A stretch of 64,000 nt of DNA from an uncultured Verrucomicrobiae bacterium (GTDB taxonomy: Bacteria; Verrucomicrobiota; Verrucomicrobiia; Limisphaerales; Palsa-1400), in the NCBI GenBank assembly GCA_963707025.1, contig CAVPOM010000007.1:320001-384000 (forward strand), written 5' to 3'. The stretch's first letter is position 1. Each line of letters begins with the position of its first letter. The position numbers and the translations under genes are program-made. The notes beneath the pieces were generated by a model. It ran no database searches and had not been told where the DNA came from. It saw only the letters and a list, made by a program, of their open reading frames with translations. Below are positions 61,318 to 64,000 of this stretch, piece after piece.

Positions 61318-61494
61318 TCAGTGCTGTTTACGGGTTTGGCGTTTAAAGCCTTTTTGTGTGGGCGGCGCGGGTGCCGGCGTGCTGGCGGGTTGGGCCTGGG
61401 GTTGCTTTTGGGCATCGGCACACGGGGTGGGTTTGCACCCGCAGCCGGTTGGGGCGGCGGTGGCAGTGGACGGAATGTTTGCGGATTCACTCAT
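61318..61494 (-). CDS. Small hypothetical protein with CGC..C motif; may extend to 61197 through a frameshift
   Basis: AAAGGA RBS and upstream sigma-54 promoter; an alternative frame ends in an ATGA overlap with the zinc-ribbon gene. Confidence 0.5.
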   Translation of the reverse strand: MSESANIPSTATAAPTGCGCKPTPCADAQKQPQAQPASTPAPAPPTQKGFKRQTRKQH

Positions 61495-61544
61495 AATTCC
61501 TTTTGTTTGTTGGCGTGCAGTTGAATGCAGCCAGGCAGACTTAT

Positions 61545-61560
61545 CGCAAGAGACGTGCCA
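61545..61560 (-). promoter_or_regulatory. Sigma-54 (-24/-12) promoter
   Basis: Minus strand TGGCACGTCTCTTGCG matches TGGCAC-N5-TTGC. Confidence 0.75.
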
Positions 61561-61642
61561 GCCCGATTTGCCGGCGGCAAATGAATGCAAGACGTTGTGT
61601 TGCAGCAGGATGCAGCGAAAGAATGGAAAGGCGTTTCGCCTG

Positions 61643-61669
61643 CGATAATTCGCAACTTGCGAACTATCG
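61643..61669. promoter_or_regulatory. Palindrome, candidate upstream activator sequence
   Basis: cgata-a-ttcgcaa-c-ttgcgaa-c-tatcg, about 85-110 bp upstream of the sigma-54 promoter. Confidence 0.55.
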
Positions 61670-61856
61670 TTTGCAAAGGCCGCAACCGGGTTGGCAGCCA
61701 GGCGCAAATTCAATGAAGAGGTTGGCAACAAATGGTGAGCATTACTCGCTTGCGGCGATAGCTTGGGAGGTATGTTGAAGCGCGGTGGAACAACCGCAAG
61801 GGGTGAGGAGAAGGACCGGACCTTGCGCGCGTTGCGCCACTGCCGAGCGATGACTT

Positions 61857-63512
61857 ATGCCATTGGCACCTGATTATGAACCGGAGTTCGATTCGTTGAG
61901 AGATCTCCTGCTGGAGATTGCTCCGGAGCGATCGGTCGAGCACCTGCTGCAGAAGGTGGTGCAAAAGCTCGCCGAACGTCCCCACGCGTTGGTGGCGCGG
62001 CTGTGGCTGCTGGAAAAAGGGGATCTTTGCGCTGCCTGCCCCATGCGTCCCCGGTGCCCGGAGCAAACGCGCTGCCTGCACCTGGTGGCCAGCGCCGAGT
62101 CGTCGGTTGGGGAGCCAAGGGAAGAGCCGCGGCCAGCGGAGCGGGAACTGCGGCGGATTCCGGCGGGCGTGGGAGCGATTGGGCGCATTGCGGCCACGGG
62201 CCAGCCCATGGTGAGCAACCACCCCGGCGAAGACGTTGACGGATTCGGTGAGCCGGGATGGGCGGGTCGCCAGGGCATTCGCGGATTTGGCGGGCAGCCG
62301 ATTATTTTTCAGAACGAGGTTCTGGGGGTGATCGCCCAATTCAACCGCATTCCGACTCCGGATCACAGCCCGGCCTGGCTGAGGATATTTGCCGATCATA
62401 TCGCCGCCGCCATCGTCAATGCGCGCGCTTTTGAGGAGATCGAGCAACTCAAAGCGCATCTGGAATTGGAGAATACGTTTTTGCAGGAGGAGGTGCAGGA
62501 GGCCAAGGCGCTGGGCGAAATGATTGGGCAGAGCGCGGCCTTGAAGAAGCTGCTGCGCCAGGTGGAGATGGTGGCGCGCACGGACGCCACGGTGTTGATT
62601 CTCGGCGAATCCGGCACGGGCAAGGAGTTAATCGCCCGCGAGATTCACAAGAACAGCCGGCGCGGCCAGCGGCCCTTGATCCGGGTCAATTGCGCTTCGA
62701 TTCCCCGGGAGCTTTACGAGAGCGAGTTTTTCGGGCACGTCAAAGGCGCCTTCACCGGCGCGGTCAAGGACCGGGCGGGCCGCTTCGAGGCGGCGGCGGG
62801 CGGCACCTTGTTTTTGGATGAGGTGGGCGAAATTCCATTGGAGCTGCAAAGCAAGTTGCTCCGCGTGTTGCAGGAAGGCCAATATGAGCGGGTGGGCGAA
62901 GAGAGAACCCGCACGGTGGACGTGCGCATCATTGCCGCGACCAACCGGGACCTGCCCAAGGATGTGGAGGCGGGGCGCTTTCGCCAGGACCTTTATTACC
63001 GGCTCAATGTTTTTCCGGTCAAAGTGGCCCCGCTGCGCGAACGCAAGGAGGACATCGCTCTGCTGGCGGCGCATTTCCTGGATAAAGCAATTCGCAAACT
63101 CAAGCTGCCGCCAGCCCGGCTCACCCAGGCGCATATCGCCCAGTTCCAAAACCATGATTGGCCCGGCAACGTGCGCGAATTGCAGAACATGATCGAACGC
63201 GCCTTGATCCTCGCTCAAAATGGAGTGCTCTGGTTTGACCTCCCGGACAGCCAGCGGACCACGGCGGCCGGGCCGGTGGCGCCGGGGGTGGAGGACGGAG
63301 TGGCGCCGGCCATTCTGAGCGACGCCGAGCTGCGGCAGCGTGAGCGCGATAATGTGCTCGCGGCCCTCAACAAAACCGGCTGGAAAATTCATGGGCCTGG
63401 CGGCACCGCCGAACTGCTCGGTGTCAAGCCCACGACCTTGATCTCCCGTCTCAAGAAACTGGGACTGAAAAGGCCCGCGGCAAAAGCGGCCCTTGCAGCC
63501 GCGGGCATTTGA
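61857..63512 (+). CDS. GAF-domain sigma-54 enhancer-binding protein (FhlA/NifA-like architecture)
   Basis: GAF with C..C..R..C....CLHL insert, [23 protein letters not shown]-terminal HTH. Confidence 0.92.
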   Translation: MPLAPDYEPEFDSLRDLLLEIAPERSVEHLLQKVVQKLAERPHALVARLWLLEKGDLCAACPMRPRCPEQTRCLHLVASAESSVGEPREEPRPAERELRRIPAGVGAIGRIAATGQPMVSNHPGEDVDGFGEPGWAGRQGIRGFGGQPIIFQNEVLGVIAQFNRIPTPDHSPAWLRIFADHIAAAIVNARAFEEIEQLKAHLELENTFLQEEVQEAKALGEMIGQSAALKKLLRQVEMVARTDATVLILGESGTGKELIAREIHKNSRRGQRPLIRVNCASIPRELYESEFFGHVKGAFTGAVKDRAGRFEAAAGGTLFLDEVGEIPLELQSKLLRVLQEGQYERVGEERTRTVDVRIIAATNRDLPKDVEAGRFRQDLYYRLNVFPVKVAPLRERKEDIALLAAHFLDKAIRKLKLPPARLTQAHIAQFQNHDWPGNVRELQNMIERALILAQNGVLWFDLPDSQRTTAAGPVAPGVEDGVAPAILSDAELRQRERDNVLAALNKTGWKIHGPGGTAELLGVKPTTLISRLKKLGLKRPAAKAALAAAGI

Positions 63513-63537
63513 CGCTGGCGGCTGTTCTTTCCATGAA

Positions 63538-63595
63538 CCCTCACCTCACCCTAACCCTCTCCCCTCCCATCGGATGGGAGCGGCGAGGGAAGAGC
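63538..63595. repeat. CCCTCACC/CCCTCTCCC-type extragenic hairpin repeat
   Basis: cctcaccctaaccctctccc...ctcccatc-g-gatgggag...gaggg after the activator gene. Confidence 0.55.
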
Positions 63596-64000
63596 AGACG
63601 GACACGAATTGATCCAGGAGATCTGTCGAGCAGCGGCGGGTTCATGGTCCCATTGCTCGCCAGAATTCTGCGTGGAGGCTAAACCATTGCCAGGGGGAGC
63701 CGGTGGCTCGAAATCGGCGCACAGCGCCCACTCTACAACAGTCAAATTAAGAGACTGCCCTTTGCGACGAGAAACCGCAGTCCGGTTGCGAGAAGTCGCA
63801 ATCTGCGAACCTTCGCAGAGAGCCGGGAGGGGGGCCGCCGTTGTGCATCGTCTTAAACGCCAGCGACTTGGGTTTTCACAACCTTTTGGCACAAGGATTG
63901 ATAAAGGACGGGTATCAATGATGCCAGCCGACAACCACTTTTGAGAAAACCGAATCGTTATGTTGCGCCTGAATCCCATCCAAGCCAATGAGTTTGGCAA

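Noticed and set aside
63551..64000. ORFs at the right window edge
   Set aside because: No recognisable motifs; a gene end may enter from beyond the window but cannot be supported

Overview
High-GC bacterial chromosomal window. The gene content (prepilin/H-X9-DG protein, TIGR03118 protein with an FFRL-type C-terminus, RRM protein, many glycoside hydrolases) suggests Verrucomicrobiota; this is an inference. It carries a flagellar-type signalling block (sigma-54 response regulator, FlgN-like, TPR and HDOD proteins, hybrid kinase), housekeeping genes (msrB, mdh, purE, dsbD, cls, EF-G paralog, PNP, ribBA, ribH), two radical SAM genes, and a GH35-GH106-GH28 cluster interrupted by a single-chain restriction-modification gene and hicBA. 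About ten genes are split by single-base frameshifts, several in homopolymers, most likely long-read errors. The most striking content is mobile DNA aimed at repeats. (1) A 1.9-kb IS4-family element with two divergent genes and a perfect 26-bp central palindrome sits in a REP hairpin, itself inside a 183-bp miniature inverted-repeat element with its own 9-bp target duplication; an empty copy and a variant with different REP cargo occur elsewhere in the window. (2) A group II intron with an atypical GUUGCG 5' end sits in a CAGGTCAAAC tandem repeat that its EBS1 matches. No tRNA, rRNA or CRISPR array was recognised.
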